Positions 11,316-23,534 of a stretch of 64,000 bases of DNA are shown here, in pieces; position 1 is the first letter of the stretch, and each line of letters starts with the position of its first letter. Where the stretch lies: positions 1-64,000 of the forward strand of contig NIVC01001419.1 of assembly GCA_002269645.1 (NCBI GenBank). The letters are read 5' to 3'. The DNA comes from Macrostomum lignano (taxonomy: Eukaryota). Position numbers and translations under genes: made by a program. A model generated the notes under the pieces. The model worked only from the letters and a program-made list of their open reading frames with translations. It ran no database searches and had not been told where the DNA came from.

Positions 11316-13010
11316 TCAGCGAACCAGCTGTGTTTCAATGCATCTGCTGTTGCTGCCTCCTGTGCCGCCGCCGCCGCCGCTTCTGCTGCTGCTACGGTTA
11401 GCTTTGGTCAAAGGAAAATGCCAGAACAGCAGGCGAGCGAATAGTTCTAGAAATTCAAACGTACTAATGATTGATACTCCGAGCCAGAGGCCGAGAATGC
11501 CTCCAATGTCCGACGCCAGATTTCGGTCCGGATAGGCCCAGCTCTCGCGCATCACACTGCCCATTGTAGAATGGGTATAGATTGTCAGTTTGGCGAACGA
11601 CTCTCTAAAGGCTGGCTCTCGGTGCTCGTCGGACATTCGACGCTGAATCTCCACCAAGGTGGTCAAATCGTCGCCCTGTTCAGCGGCAAGTGCGATTGTC
11701 CGCTCGACGGCTTCGGCCAGGGCCTGGCTGGTCTCGTTGCAGGCGCTCGGCCAACGGTTCTGCGTGAAGCGCATCTCGTAGCGCACGTTTTTGCAGCGCA
11801 GCGGGCAAACGTCCGGGGCTAGGCCAGACGTCTTCTTGTGAATCTCGCTGACTACGGAATCGTGACAGGCCCTCCGGTGCTCGGCGGCTTGGTTGCGCTC
11901 GATTGCCGCCTCGGCCTCGGTGGCCGCCTGCTGGTCGATGCTCTCCATGAGGCTCTCCCGGCTAATGCTGTGGCAGAACGGCACGCTCAGATTAGAATTC
12001 AGATTGGCTGGCAGCGGCAGAGCCTCCGAAACGCAGGAACAGTTAGTGCGCAAGTAGGTTTGGTAAGTGTTGACGAGGCAGTCCCTGATAGTGTACCTGT
12101 ACTCAGTGATTCGGTTATACCTGTCGACAAACTTCACCGTTTGAAAGTTAGCATCAAGCGAGCAGTTTTTCAGCACGACCTCCTCCGTGTAGCCCAGCTG
12201 TACATAGGTGCTGGTGTCTCTCTGCACGTAGAAGCCTTCCAGTAGTTCGGGCCGAGTGCCCGGTTCGTGGATGACCGCGCGGAATCCTTCGGAGTAGCTA
12301 AGTGACTCCTCACCTGTAATAAAATTCTTCACGTCGCCGACGTACATGATGACGTTTAGGCCGCCGTCTCGCTCGCCGCCGACAATGAGGTGCCGCTCGG
12401 TTGGCGCAAACGTGTAACAGCTGAAATAGTTCGGGTCTACGTAGAGGCTGAAGTTTCTATACGAGCAGCTGTCTCCGGCAAAGTCGCAGTGCAGAATCAT
12501 CTCCTGCCGTTGCTTAGTAATGTTCAACTCACGTAGGTAGGACTTTATCGAGTGCATCACGTCGGCGTTAATGCTGATATTTGTGTCGGCGTTCTCTCCC
12601 GGATCCCAGAAGGTGCGAATATGATGCAGCAGCTCGTGAGTGCTAATGTTCAAACTAGGAACCGGCGGATTCTGCTGATAGCGCAATCGGCTGAAGTGAC
12701 TCGTAGCGCAGATTGTCACGTCGGGGAAGACAAATTTTGTACCGTAAACGCTGGTCTCCGTGTTGACTGGCCGCTCCAAGTAGCGACTGAACAAGGCGAA
12801 CAAGTGAGCGGTGAAGCCGGCTCCGGCTGCTAGGATGATAAACAGCCAAGCCGCTCTGTGCAGCGCGCCTTCGCCGTTTTCCACAATCTTGTGAAAGCCG
12901 TGCGCTGAGGTGCTGTCGCAGAATTGTCTAATCAGCTTCCTTCTACCGCCGACAATGCTGTCGGGTGTGGTTCGGTTTTCTCGGCTTCGTCTGGCTTGGA
13001 TTTCTGGCAT
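11316..13010 (-). CDS. DEG/ENaC (amiloride-sensitive, ASIC/FaNaC-like) channel subunit, intronless, about 564 aa from the first ATG
   Basis: Single ORF, first ATG at 13010. Pre-TM1 FCDSTSAHG (His-Gly), TM1 WLFIILAAGAGFTAHL, FPDVTIC, CYTF, GFRAVIHEPG, Cys-rich thumb, and TM2 SDIGGILGLWLGVSIISTFEF with a G-V-S selectivity filter. Confidence 0.93.
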   Translation of the reverse strand: MPEIQARRSRENRTTPDSIVGGRRKLIRQFCDSTSAHGFHKIVENGEGALHRAAWLFIILAAGAGFTAHLFALFSRYLERPVNTETSVYGTKFVFPDVTICATSHFSRLRYQQNPPVPSLNISTHELLHHIRTFWDPGENADTNISINADVMHSIKSYLRELNITKQRQEMILHCDFAGDSCSYRNFSLYVDPNYFSCYTFAPTERHLIVGGERDGGLNVIMYVGDVKNFITGEESLSYSEGFRAVIHEPGTRPELLEGFYVQRDTSTYVQLGYTEEVVLKNCSLDANFQTVKFVDRYNRITEYRYTIRDCLVNTYQTYLRTNCSCVSEALPLPANLNSNLSVPFCHSISRESLMESIDQQAATEAEAAIERNQAAEHRRACHDSVVSEIHKKTSGLAPDVCPLRCKNVRYEMRFTQNRWPSACNETSQALAEAVERTIALAAEQGDDLTTLVEIQRRMSDEHREPAFRESFAKLTIYTHSTMGSVMRESWAYPDRNLASDIGGILGLWLGVSIISTFEFLELFARLLFWHFPLTKANRSSSRSGGGGGTGGSNSRCIETQLVR

Positions 13011-14054
13011 TGCTTCTGCACTCCTGTAGCTGACTGTCGGCAGGGAAGAAGTCGCCTTTCCAAAATCAAAACTCAAATCGAACCAATTTATTAAGCTCCA
13101 GTAGATTAATGGCTAAATCTATATAGCTATTCGTCCATTGGCTCTGACTTTGAGCACCAATAGCTGCGATTAGCATTTTTGATCCTTCGTTTATTCACAT
13201 AGATTCAGTTCAGAAATAGCTACTCACGATTTAAATAGGACACTGAGGTTTCTTTCCTCTTTCCTTCTCTGTTAAAGCCTGATAAAGAGATGCTATATCC
13301 GCATGCTCAGGGTGGGTGGCTTTACTGTGCCCAGATGTAGTCTATTGGATGCAATGGACTGTTATTACTCATAACTGGTCTTTAAACTCTTTGGCATGTT
13401 TTGGAAAGTAGATAAAACATACAAAAACATACAAAGTATAAAGAGTAACAAGACAATTGTTTAAAATGGTCTTGATAGCTATAGCTATAATGCACAGGCT
13501 ATTTCTCAAAAACATTAATCCTTCATTTCTTCCACATTTGTTAAAAAAGTGTTTTGTGTTATCTTGTCAAGGAACTAAAGCGAAGCAACGTACTGGGGCC
13601 GTTTAATATTTTTACGGAGTATTTTAGTGTCAGTACCAGCGTGTGGATGCCTCAGCAGTATCCTGCAGCGCAGTGTCTGTCTGTCGGCAAAGTTAAAGCA
13701 AATACAGCTCTTGTATAGCTTGACGCTATAAAGTTTATCAGCTGCAGACATCCGATTCTCAATAATTGATTCTCCAAACTCATACTCAAAGCTAATTTAT
13801 AGTGCTATATGGCTGAAATAGAATATAAGCTATCGTAATTCAACTATCCAATGCAGGTGCCACAGTGCTTTCAAGGCAATTTTTCCGTTATGCTAAGAGG
13901 CAGGTAGCTGTTGTACAGCTAAGATATTTTTATTCATATTTTTGCTGAATTTCTGCAAATATTTGATAACCTTCAATTCAAACCTATTAGAATTCTTAAA
14001 TTAGCAGTTTGAGCACGAGTCAATGTATGCTTTATGAATTTACTGAAGGGTATG

Positions 14055-14192
14055 CAATGAGTGCTGAATCACATGCAATGAGTGCTGAATCGGGTGCAAT
14101 GGGTGCTGAGTCGGATGCAATGGGTGCTGAATCGGGTGCAATGGGTGCTGAATCGGATGCAATGAGTGCTGAGTCGGATGCAATGGGTGCAA
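14055..14192. repeat. 21-bp minisatellite (gcaatgggtgctgaatcggat), about 6.5 copies
   Basis: Direct tandem copies visible in the sequence. Confidence 0.9.
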
Positions 14193-14544
14193 ATCCTTAA
14201 TTATGTATGGTTTTCAAGCAAAAAGCATGCGTTTACGCGATCTGCCGATAAAAAAATTCGACTCACTTTTACAGCACCATGCAGTGGCCGTGCAATTCCT
14301 CCCTGCCGCTCTGGATAATAAAATGCTCGCTTAGCCAGAATTCTGCCCAATCACCCCTTCATGCTTCGCGTACATTTATGGCTGTTCAAATGAACGAATC
14401 CAGACTTCTCTTGGGTTTGATTTTAAAATTGAACTTTCTCTCGCGCTGCGCGGTTGCAATCAAATTAATTGGCTAAAGGAGATTTGCTCAAGCTTCCCAG
14501 CAGATTTACAGAATTCAGTCCTACTTGCATGTAGTACTAGCTAT

Positions 14545-15232
14545 CAGGGGCGTCGCCATTGGGGGGGGGGCAGGGGGGACATGTCCCTCCCAGTAAAAGC
14601 TATGGGGGACATGCCAATGCTTTGTCCCCCCACCCCCCGTACCTTATGACCCGTTATGGAAATCAATAATTTTGCTTCAGGGCGACAAAATATAGCGCCT
14701 TCGGCGTCAAAATGATTGCCTGCGGCGCCAAAATGAATGCCTGCGGCGCCAAAATGAATGCCTGCGGCGACAAAATGAATGCCTGCGGCGCCAAAATGAA
14801 TGCCTGCGGCGACAAAATGAATGCCTGCGGCGCCAAAATGAGTGCCTGCGGCGCCAAAATGAGTGCCTGCGGCGCTAAAATGAGTGCTTTCGGCGTCAAA
14901 ATGAGTGCCTGCGGCGCCAAAATGAGTGCCTGCGGCGCCAAAATGAATGCCTGCGGCGCCAAAATGAATGCCTGCGGCGCCAAAATGAGTGCCTGTGGCG
15001 CCAAAATGAGTGTCTGCGGCGCCAAAATGAATGCCTGCGGCGCTAAAATAAGTGCCTTCCTGCGGCGCCAAAATGAGTGCCTGCGGCGCCAAAATGAGTG
15101 CCTGCGGTGCTAAAATGAGCGCTGACAACACCGATTCTGTAAGTAATGTATATGTAGAATTTAGTCATGTACATGCACATGTATAATTATTAGCTTTGTC
15201 GCCCCACTATAAAATCCATGGCGACGCACCTG
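14545..15232. mobile_element. MITE (CAG...CTG termini, hAT-like appearance) carrying an internal 21-bp minisatellite
   Basis: 15-bp TIRs caggggcgtcgccat (14545-14559) / atggcgacgcacctg (15218-15232) with 1 mismatch. CTAT flanks both ends. About 20 copies of gcctgcggcgccaaaatgaat at 14700-15120. Confidence 0.8.
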
Positions 15233-16136
15233 CTATAGCATGCACTGGTTCAAAATCAAGCCTGCTATGTGCTCTTACAGTAAAGTGCGCTTACTGCGTA
15301 ATACATGAGATCCTGATCTTGATATCGACATGTACCATGAAAATCACATGGCTCTAAATTTGTGACGAGTCTATTATTGGGAGAATTTTCTTTCAATGCT
15401 TGATTATGCAAATTATTTGTAGACGAGATATATACATTATGATTGGTTAGATTTTAGCCGCTGAGATTTCACTATTTTTGCCATGATTAGCTTTTTGCTA
15501 CTATAGGGGCAATTGCTATAAAATTTATGCTAACGCAATTTAGTACGCGGCGCGGCTGCAGATCCTCGCCGGACGCTAGGAACCCATGCCGATCGAAAAT
15601 TAATGCTACTAAATTTATATTTTAATTTAATTCATGTACCAAAGGTCAGTTTTGTACAAAATGCATTGAACATAGACAACACTGTAAGTGCAGTGGAAAG
15701 CTTTGATTCATTTCTTCTTAGCAACGACATAAAGCAAGCAGTTTGAAATCAAAAAAATACATTGACTCTAGTCGATAACTACATGTACAAGAGTCACAGG
15801 AAAGTGTTTAAAGTACATGTACATTAGCATATACAGGGAAGCCTCTTTGTTCGCTTCGCTCACCAGGAAGCGACACTGAAATCGTGCCTATACTACAAGT
15901 TGGGTCTCGGTTTTCTTCCCCAGACTACCCGAGAGCCCACTTATTTAGTGCGCTCAGTATGAAAAAGTGTATAAATTGATACGTGTTTATTTGGAAAATA
16001 AAAGGCTGCAATTACAAATTACACAACAAATAAATGAAACTGAAAAAAATAAAAATCGTCATTAGATATTATACACAAAAAGGAAAAATTTCGGCTTAAA
16101 ATCTGGGCTTCCCTCGTTAAAACGCATATTAAACAG

Positions 16137-19100
16137 CTAACTCGAACTCTTGTTGGAGAGCTTGGACGCCTTACGATTCGTCGCCTTCTGGTTCTTCGCC
16201 TTCTCATCGTTTGTCTCATTGACAAAATTCTTTAGATAAATCCGGACTGCAGGAATTAAGATCCGCGAAGAAAGAGTAGCAGCTGCCTTTCCACAACTGC
16301 AAGTCCGGCTTGAAAGGGTCGTAAAATCAATGGATTCACTCACGTAGTCCTGGCAGAGCTCAACAATATTTTGAACTAAATTACCAGAGGTGAGAAGATC
16401 AGCAGTTAACAGACCATTATCTCGAAGATGTCCAAACATGAAGTAGGATGCCTTCAAAAGAAAAAATACGAATTTGCTGGGGCACTTCAGACCGCCTCGG
16501 TCACGCATTTGAATCAGGTCAAAGTCGTCAGCACAGTCCTCTTCCGCAATAAACTCCAAGTAATCGTTAGTAAGTAGAAGATTCTTGCAGTCAGTGCACT
16601 TCAGCTGGCCGCATAGAGCTTTAGACACGTAGCCACCAAGATAGGAACAAATGTTTCGGTCACTAGATGTAAGAGCGGCGTCAAGATGCTGGAGACCTGG
16701 AAGCTTCACGGATAAGAGTGGATTGAAAAACTCGGATGAGCTCGCCTGGTCAAGAATTTTTCAATCTTTCAGTCTAAGGCCATGAAACTGAAGCAGGCTG
16801 GAAATGCGAATTTTCTTCTCGGCTTGAAGGCTCTTCAAGCTGGCGGTAGCGACCAAAGCGCCGCTCGATCCAGTCACTGACTATCCTACCTGTCAAAACA
16901 GAGGGAAATAAATACCTAGAGAAAAGGTGCTCGGAAAGATCAGCAAGAGTGAGACAGCAGTCAAGCCGGGCAACTTCGAATCCTCCCAACGTTGGAAGAA
17001 AGCGGCAAACTGGCGCAGCTTGTCGAGGCGGTGATCGTTTGGCACCAGCGGAGCGGCGTCGGGAAGCGTCTTGATATTCCAGATCGTCCACATGTTAAGA
17101 ATGAGCGCTAGGAAAGCTACCAAGCCAGAGGAAAAATTGTAGAACTTTGCTGCTTCTACAGTAGACTCGCTCAAGATGCTGGCTGCGTGCTAACATTAGT
17201 CTTCTCCAGGTTCGTTGGATTCAAGGACCTTGTTTTCAATTGAAAGGCGATCCGAGCTGGTTGCCCGAGTTCTTGTTCATGAAGTTTGTGCAAATCGCGA
17301 AAATCTGCTGTTTGGATTTTTTGGGGATCGGTGAAGTCCGGAAATTGAAACACCTGGCGCGAAATCCAATTGTTCAAGATGTTCTTAAAGTGTGTACAGG
17401 GTCGAAGAGAAGGAACAGCGGCTTGCCAGACACCAGATTTGGAATTGATGATTGCAGCTTGCCTTTGCATAGAAGACCTTGAAAGAGGCTCCTATTCACT
17501 GCATTGTTGTCAACAATGCACACCACTGGCTTCAGGTGAACCCGATCAAGCAGAGCAAGGCAGTCAGTGAGGTGATTTTGCAAGTCCAGAGCACTAAGCC
17601 TACTTTTTGGAATAAGAGAAATTACTTCCTGGAAGTTGTAGAGATCTCGAAACTTAGTAGCCTACTAAAAGTAGCAAGAAAAAATTATGAATACAAAATT
17701 TAAAAATAGCTATGCGTCATACTCTATTTTTAGTAATACCAGTAATATCACGCAAACAGCGAGTGACTATGCTATTGTCCGAAAAACCTTTTCTCGACAT
17801 CTATTTTTAGAACTTCCAAATATGGTAAATATGTTAACCTGTATATGACTTAAGTCTCACCCTTTTCTATTCAAAAACCCCACCTGTCAAATAATAAAAT
17901 TCTTTCGTGAACTCATCAAAAACCGGTTTTGAGCTAAAGGCCGACTCAAGGTCGACAAATTGTGTATAAATACAAACGCAAAATCCGAGCTGAAATCTCA
18001 GACTCGGAGCAGCCTCCAAAGATCAACGCTTTGCAAGATCAGCCAAACGAGGTTATATCTCTGAGGAAGCGATAAACACCAATTGGTAAGCTTTGTTCAA
18101 GTCTTCATTATTTTTATTATTGAGAGCGATTGTTATTGCCGGCCGTTACTGTTCAGTCGATTTTATTGAGTCTATTGAGTTTGAGGCCTCCCTTTTCCTA
18201 AGGGATTGGATAGGATCTGCGGACCGATTCCGATACCCTTAGAGGATTATCGAGTTATCGAATTTGGATTATCCTAGATTAACCGATAGGAGCACACGAC
18301 TTCGATTCCGCTAGTTCTAGATGAAGACGCTCTTTCTGGAGGACCTCGCGTTATTATAGAAGTTGATTTTGTTATTAGGGCGCATCGCTGACATTGATCT
18401 TGCACTCGAGGAATATATTGATTTGGCACTCAAGGAATGCTGTTACGTCGACAAGTTTAATTGATACGCTCTCACTTTCGGCCGATTCTAGAATTCAAGA
18501 AGATTCCTCCGGAGAAGATTTGAAGAAACGATCTCGGAGAACCTGCCCGACAAAGAAGAGGAGCCCGCAACAATAAGTGATCACTAATTTTGTTCCCAGG
18601 CTTAACTGTCTGGAAGTGGGAGTTTTCGGGTGACTGATCACCACCCGACGAAACTCTTCAAAGTCTCCATGCAGCGACTTGATCAAAAAAGCGCACACAG
18701 TTTTGGCGAGCTCATCGGTTTCTGCGTCAGTGCCAAATACCTTGCCTCCGCTGAATTCCATTCGCTTCGACGAATAAATTTCGTCAGTTGCAAGAAGCAA
18801 CAACGCTCTCAGACTCAGGCAGGCTGTAAACTTTTAGCTTGAGATAATCTTCGGTAGCTAGCCTTGATGTCATGGTCATTGCTCAATCCGGAAGAAAGCC
18901 TCTGCAGATGCCTAACACTTGGGAGGTAGACTCTGTTGGATTTCCGAGTGAAATTTTACACTGATGGGCTGTGGTGCTGCAACAGGTATGAATAAGCAAG
19001 TAGCTCGCTGGAGTATGTTAGCTTCCCCTTCTTCAAACTCGAAAAGCTTAGCTGCTGGACAAGAAAATTCAGTTTAGCAAAAGCAGCCTCCTCAATAGAT

Positions 19101-19990
19101 GTATCCAGCTCTTGATCACTCTTGACTTCAATCTTAGCTGACAAGTCGGTGATAGCTTTCGTGACTGCCTCCTGAGCTAGTAAGAGGTGCTCCTCATAAC
19201 CATGCTGGCAATCTTCCAAACGGACATTTTTTAGCCTAGCTAGAATGTTTTCAAGTTGGGCAAATGTTTTAAGACTGCCTGCCGTCAGCTGCCAGATCTC
19301 CAGCAAAAGAGGCTTGCTTATCACCACCAACTGTGACCTCAAACAGCAGCTCTTGGCCAACATTCAGCGATGTGGCAATTTCCAAGTTGCCGGCACCGGA
19401 CATTCTACATGTAGTTGTAAAAAATGTTACACTCGATTCAGAGATCACCTTGAAAAAGCACCTTAGATGATCTGGTAGATCGTATGACCCAATAGCGTGG
19501 AAGTCAGAAATCACGTCCTGAATTTGTAGAAGCTCCTCTGCTTCTACCTCGCAACGCTGAATGTCGTTCTCTCGACGGCTCTCAGCCGATGTACCAACCG
19601 TTTGCCTCTCTTCCGGGACGGCCTTGCTCAAGTAGGATGCAACATTCGGGAAGATGCACGGCACAGCATCATCTGTCAGACGCCGGTTTTTCAGTAGCAT
19701 TCGATGGATCGTCAGATGCCGGTCTTTTGCGATTTGGGATGGAATCTGTAGAGACAGTCACAAAGAACTTACCTGGAAAATGCAGAGAGCAAACCCGATA
19801 GTTGTGACTTGGGTCAGACCGCAGCTTACACAGCTCGGCCTCAGTCCATTGTCGAGGAATTGTAGCGATCCACTTGTTCAGCAGATCCAGATTCTCGATA
19901 GAAGGAAACTTAAGTGGATGGAAATGGTAGGGTCCTTCTTATACCGAGGCAAATTAGTAACACAAGCTGGAGCACGCACTTGTATCCCAT
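16137..19990 (-). pseudogene. THAP-domain P-element transposase, disrupted by frameshifts and a 1-kb insertion
   Basis: ATG at 19990. THAP signature MGYKC.APAC...KFP...KW...VCSLHF...DDAVPCIF. Core motifs LLATDEIY, TVCAFLIKSL, VCIVDNNAVNR, LFLLFDPVH, SDWIERRFGRYRQL. C-terminal YLGGYV...CTDC...RGGLKCPS. The segments lie in different frames. Confidence 0.88.
17629..18656. mobile_element. Unclassified 1.03-kb insertion inside the P transposase gene
   Basis: Removing it rejoins SLHGDFE (18657 side) to EVISLIPKSRL (17628 side). Both ends carry ctggaagt...cgaaact direct repeats and hairpins. Confidence 0.7.
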
Positions 19991-21483
19991 GATGTATTAT
20001 GCAAATGTTCGATTAAAAAAATAGAGTTTAGAAAATCAGAGAATTGCTCAGAGTGAGTTGATCAGTTGTTTTTTGCTGCCTGAATGATATCCTGCACGAG
20101 AAGATATAGGCATAACATAGAAAATATATGAGTAATTCAGTGTACAGTAAACGAAGGACAAAAATTCTTTGCTTCCCAATTTCCCAAAACGAGACTAAAC
20201 TTGTAGAGGAGGTTGGGAGGGGCCATGTGAGTGTCGCTTCCTGGTGAGGAGCGAAGCGAACAAAGAGGCTTCCATGGCATATAATACGTATGTTATTCGA
20301 GTACGTGTAATACTATATTCTTCTTCGATTTTATAGCTGCTGCAGTCCGATTTCACTCGAAAAATACATGAAAATATAGTGTAGCTAGCTGTCCAAAATT
20401 TCTCTATATTTGGCATAGGAGCATTCCTTCGTGAGTAAGCGGATCACTGGAAGATAGACAGATTTCAATGATTCGGCTATATGATTTACTTCTATAAAAA
20501 TTACAGTTTCATAATTTCTATTCCTGTTTTTTGAAAGACAGTTGTTTATTAAATTTGCGTTATAGTGTTACTTGTGCTTGTATGCGTGAATTATTATATT
20601 TTCTAAGAAGCTAAGCTTAAAAAGCAACTAGGCGTGCCGCGTGCGTCGCCGTCGTGTGTCGATCATAACTTTTCATTATCACATCACGTGCATAATTTAT
20701 TCAACTTTTAACTGGCATGGCATGCTGCATCCGTTTTGCCTCTTCCTACAGAATCATTAGGCCCAATATCAATAAAATTCCAACTTGATAGCTATTTTAC
20801 AATTATGGTTACTGTTAGGTATAATTAAAATACTAAAAGTAAAACAAACTTTTGTTTATGACTGCTTATGAATATCTGAACTTACTAGTTAACTTAGTCT
20901 TAACCTGGCCTACTAATTTATAGGCCTTATACATGGATATGTTAAATACTTTTTTCTTGCACCTTCATTACAATTAATGCTACTAAATGCTACTAAACAC
21001 TAGGCCTAGCACCCTAGGCCTACCTATACATTAGGAGCTTCAAATAGTATAGTTAATATAGTTATGGCAAGTCTAATCTATATTTAATATTTCAGCATAG
21101 TTCTAGTTTACTTCATTATATTCCAACTCTTGAATAGAGGGCGAAAAAATTTAACGCAGTAAATTGGAACTATGCCAATATTTCTACCTATACTAAATTA
21201 ATATACTAAAAATAAAAATTTAGGGCCTAGGCTGGGTTAGGCCTACTAATAAAAACATCAATTGAAGATAAACAAAGAGAATTTAATTTTGATTTTTTAT
21301 TCATTTTTTACAGTTAATATTAATAGATAGGGCCTAGGCCTAGTATTTTATCAAATCAAGCTAAGCCTAAGGCTAATGTCAATGGCCTATTGTTTACTAT
21401 ATTTAGTTTAGGTTAATTTAGATAAGTTCTATTTATCATTAATTATTATTATTTATTACACCTGCCCCAATTAGGCTAGATAT

Positions 21484-23008
21484 GGCGAAATCCAAAAACG
21501 TGGGATAAAACGGTAAAACAAATCTGCGGACATTCGATGGAAAGTAATGTATCTAAAAAAGGTTTTTGAAAAATAGATAGGTCTTTAGAAAATAGTTCTA
21601 GATAAAAACTATTGTTTTCATGCTTTATATTGTTGAATAAATAAGAAAAAACCACAAAAAAGCATTTTGAAAGTCCGAGTTGACCGATTTGCAATTTTTT
21701 GTTTCACTTTTTTTCATTATTAAACAATTAATTTTAAGACTTGTAGGCTTTAGAGAAGGCTAATTTTTTTACTACTTACAAAACAGAAAGTAATCTGTGT
21801 TTTACTTTTTATTCAATTCAAAAAGATGAAGTATTTCTAAGGATTTCAAAGTTTTTCTAAAACCATATAAACTCGCAAAAATTCATACTAATATAAAGTG
21901 CAAAGTTTGCCAGCAAACATCTTTTTCTAAAAGTAAATATATCGCTAATTCCTTGTTGCAAAATAATCTTTAAGTTGTTTTCTTTCATTTAAATATCAAC
22001 TTGCATAGTATTAGTATTTGTAATATGCCTATATTTAGACTTAAAAATTTTGGGTAAAAAATGGTACCACAAAATGTGAACCCGGCATCCAAATCAGATG
22101 CTTACTGTATGCTCATTAAGCGACGAAGAACAATGAAATTACACTAAAACATGTATCATCGCGGCGTGTATGCAGGAAAAAAAGAATTTTCCAAATCGCT
22201 TCAGTAGAAGCTGAGTAAAATGCAATTTTCCTATCCTTATGGGAATTCCAATGTGTTACCCGGCTTCCAAATCAGATGCTTACTGTATGCTTATTAAGCG
22301 ACGAAGAACAATGAAATTACACTAAAACATGTATCATCGCGGCGTGTATGCAGGAAAAAAAGAATTTTCCAAATCGCTTCAGTAGAAGCTGAGTAAAATG
22401 CAATTTTCCAATCCTTATGGGAATTCCAATGTGTTACCCGGCTTCCAAATCAGATGCTTACTGTATGCTTATTAAGCGACGAAGAACAATGAAATTACAC
22501 TAAAACATGTATCATCGCGGCGTGTATGCAGGAAAAAAAGAATTTTCCAAATCGCTTTAGTAGAAGCTGAGTAAAATGCAATTTTCCGATCCTTACGGGA
22601 ATTTGTATGTTTAAATAATAAACTTACGTTGAATACAATTTATTGCAAACGAACTCTACAAAATACACGTTGTCAAGAGTAACGAAAGTGATAAACAAAT
22701 AAAACCTTAAAATAATGTTAAATATGTTGTAGAATTATAGAGTGTAACATTATAAGATAGTTAAAGTTAATAAAATACATTATTATAGCTTTTCAATCAT
22801 TTTCATTAGACTCATTTTAGGTCGTAATTAAACTTACCGTTTTAACAAATCATTTTATTAAAAATAAAGCTATACGAAAATAATTTGTGCTTTAATAGAC
22901 TTTTTTACTTTTTAAAAACTTGAATAAATTTATTTTATAGCTTTATTGCTTTCAAATTGCCAAAAAACGAATTTTCATAAAACTTGCCCCCGATTTTTGG
23001 ATTTCCCC
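21484..23008. mobile_element. Non-autonomous TIR element (1525 bp), GG...CC termini, ATAT TSD
   Basis: Left ggcgaaatccaaaaa versus reverse complement of the right end ggggaaatccaaaaa. ATAT at 21480-21483 and 23009-23012. No ORF. Confidence 0.72.
22075..22605. repeat. 178-bp tandem repeat x3 inside the TIR element
   Basis: The cccggc anchor falls at 22081, 22259 and 22437. Copies are near-identical. Confidence 0.93.
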
Positions 23009-23534
23009 ATATGCAATCAATAGCTCAGCCACAGCTTATTGTGTGATACATCTGAAGGCTGAATATGGTTATTTAGTCCAAGGACTCAGGGGTCACCATA
23101 CACACTATTAATCTATGGTAATCTTCAAGATTATGATTAGCCAATCAGCCTAGTTACCTGGCCTGACTGTGACCTATACAGAAGTTTTTTATTAAGCCTA
23201 GCTTTAAAATTGTTTGAATACATTTAGATTCTAGGTTAAGCCTAATTTTCACATAAAATGATTGTTAGACTTAACCTTAAAAAATAAGCCTTAGGCCCTA
23301 GTCTTAGATTAGCCCTCAATGCAAATAGCATCTAAAAATTCAAAATTTGTGTTCATATTATGAATGGAAACATAATAACTGCTTTAATTTATGTGGTAAG
23401 CAATTTTCTTATAGGTAATTCACTTATAAGTTAGAACAAATTATTTTAAAGTATAGGTATAATAGTAGTATTATAGAGAATTGGTAAAGAATAATTTAGT
23501 CTAAGATAGTACATTCTAAGATACATATAGCTAT

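Larger units (their letters stand above)
15834..20276 (-). mobile_element. Full-length P-element superfamily DNA transposon (THAP9-like), 4443 bp
   Basis: TIRs 15834-15877 and 20230-20276 (44/47 bp, CA...TG termini, one 3-bp indel). Perfect 7-bp TSD GCATATA (15827-15833 and 20277-20283). Internal THAP + P-transposase remnants. Confidence 0.93.

Noticed and set aside
11338-12849. Plus-strand ORFs overlapping the DEG/ENaC gene (likewise the antisense ORFs over TMEM87, MIEAP-like, OGFOD2 and FucT exons)
   Set aside because: These are antisense or alternate-frame shadows of GC-rich coding sequence with no independent homology.
18610-18656. Hammerhead ribozyme at the end of the nested insert (ctgatca...cgaaac)
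   Set aside because: The core reads CTGATCA rather than CTGANGA and stem II cannot be formed properly. It is kept only as a hairpin observation.
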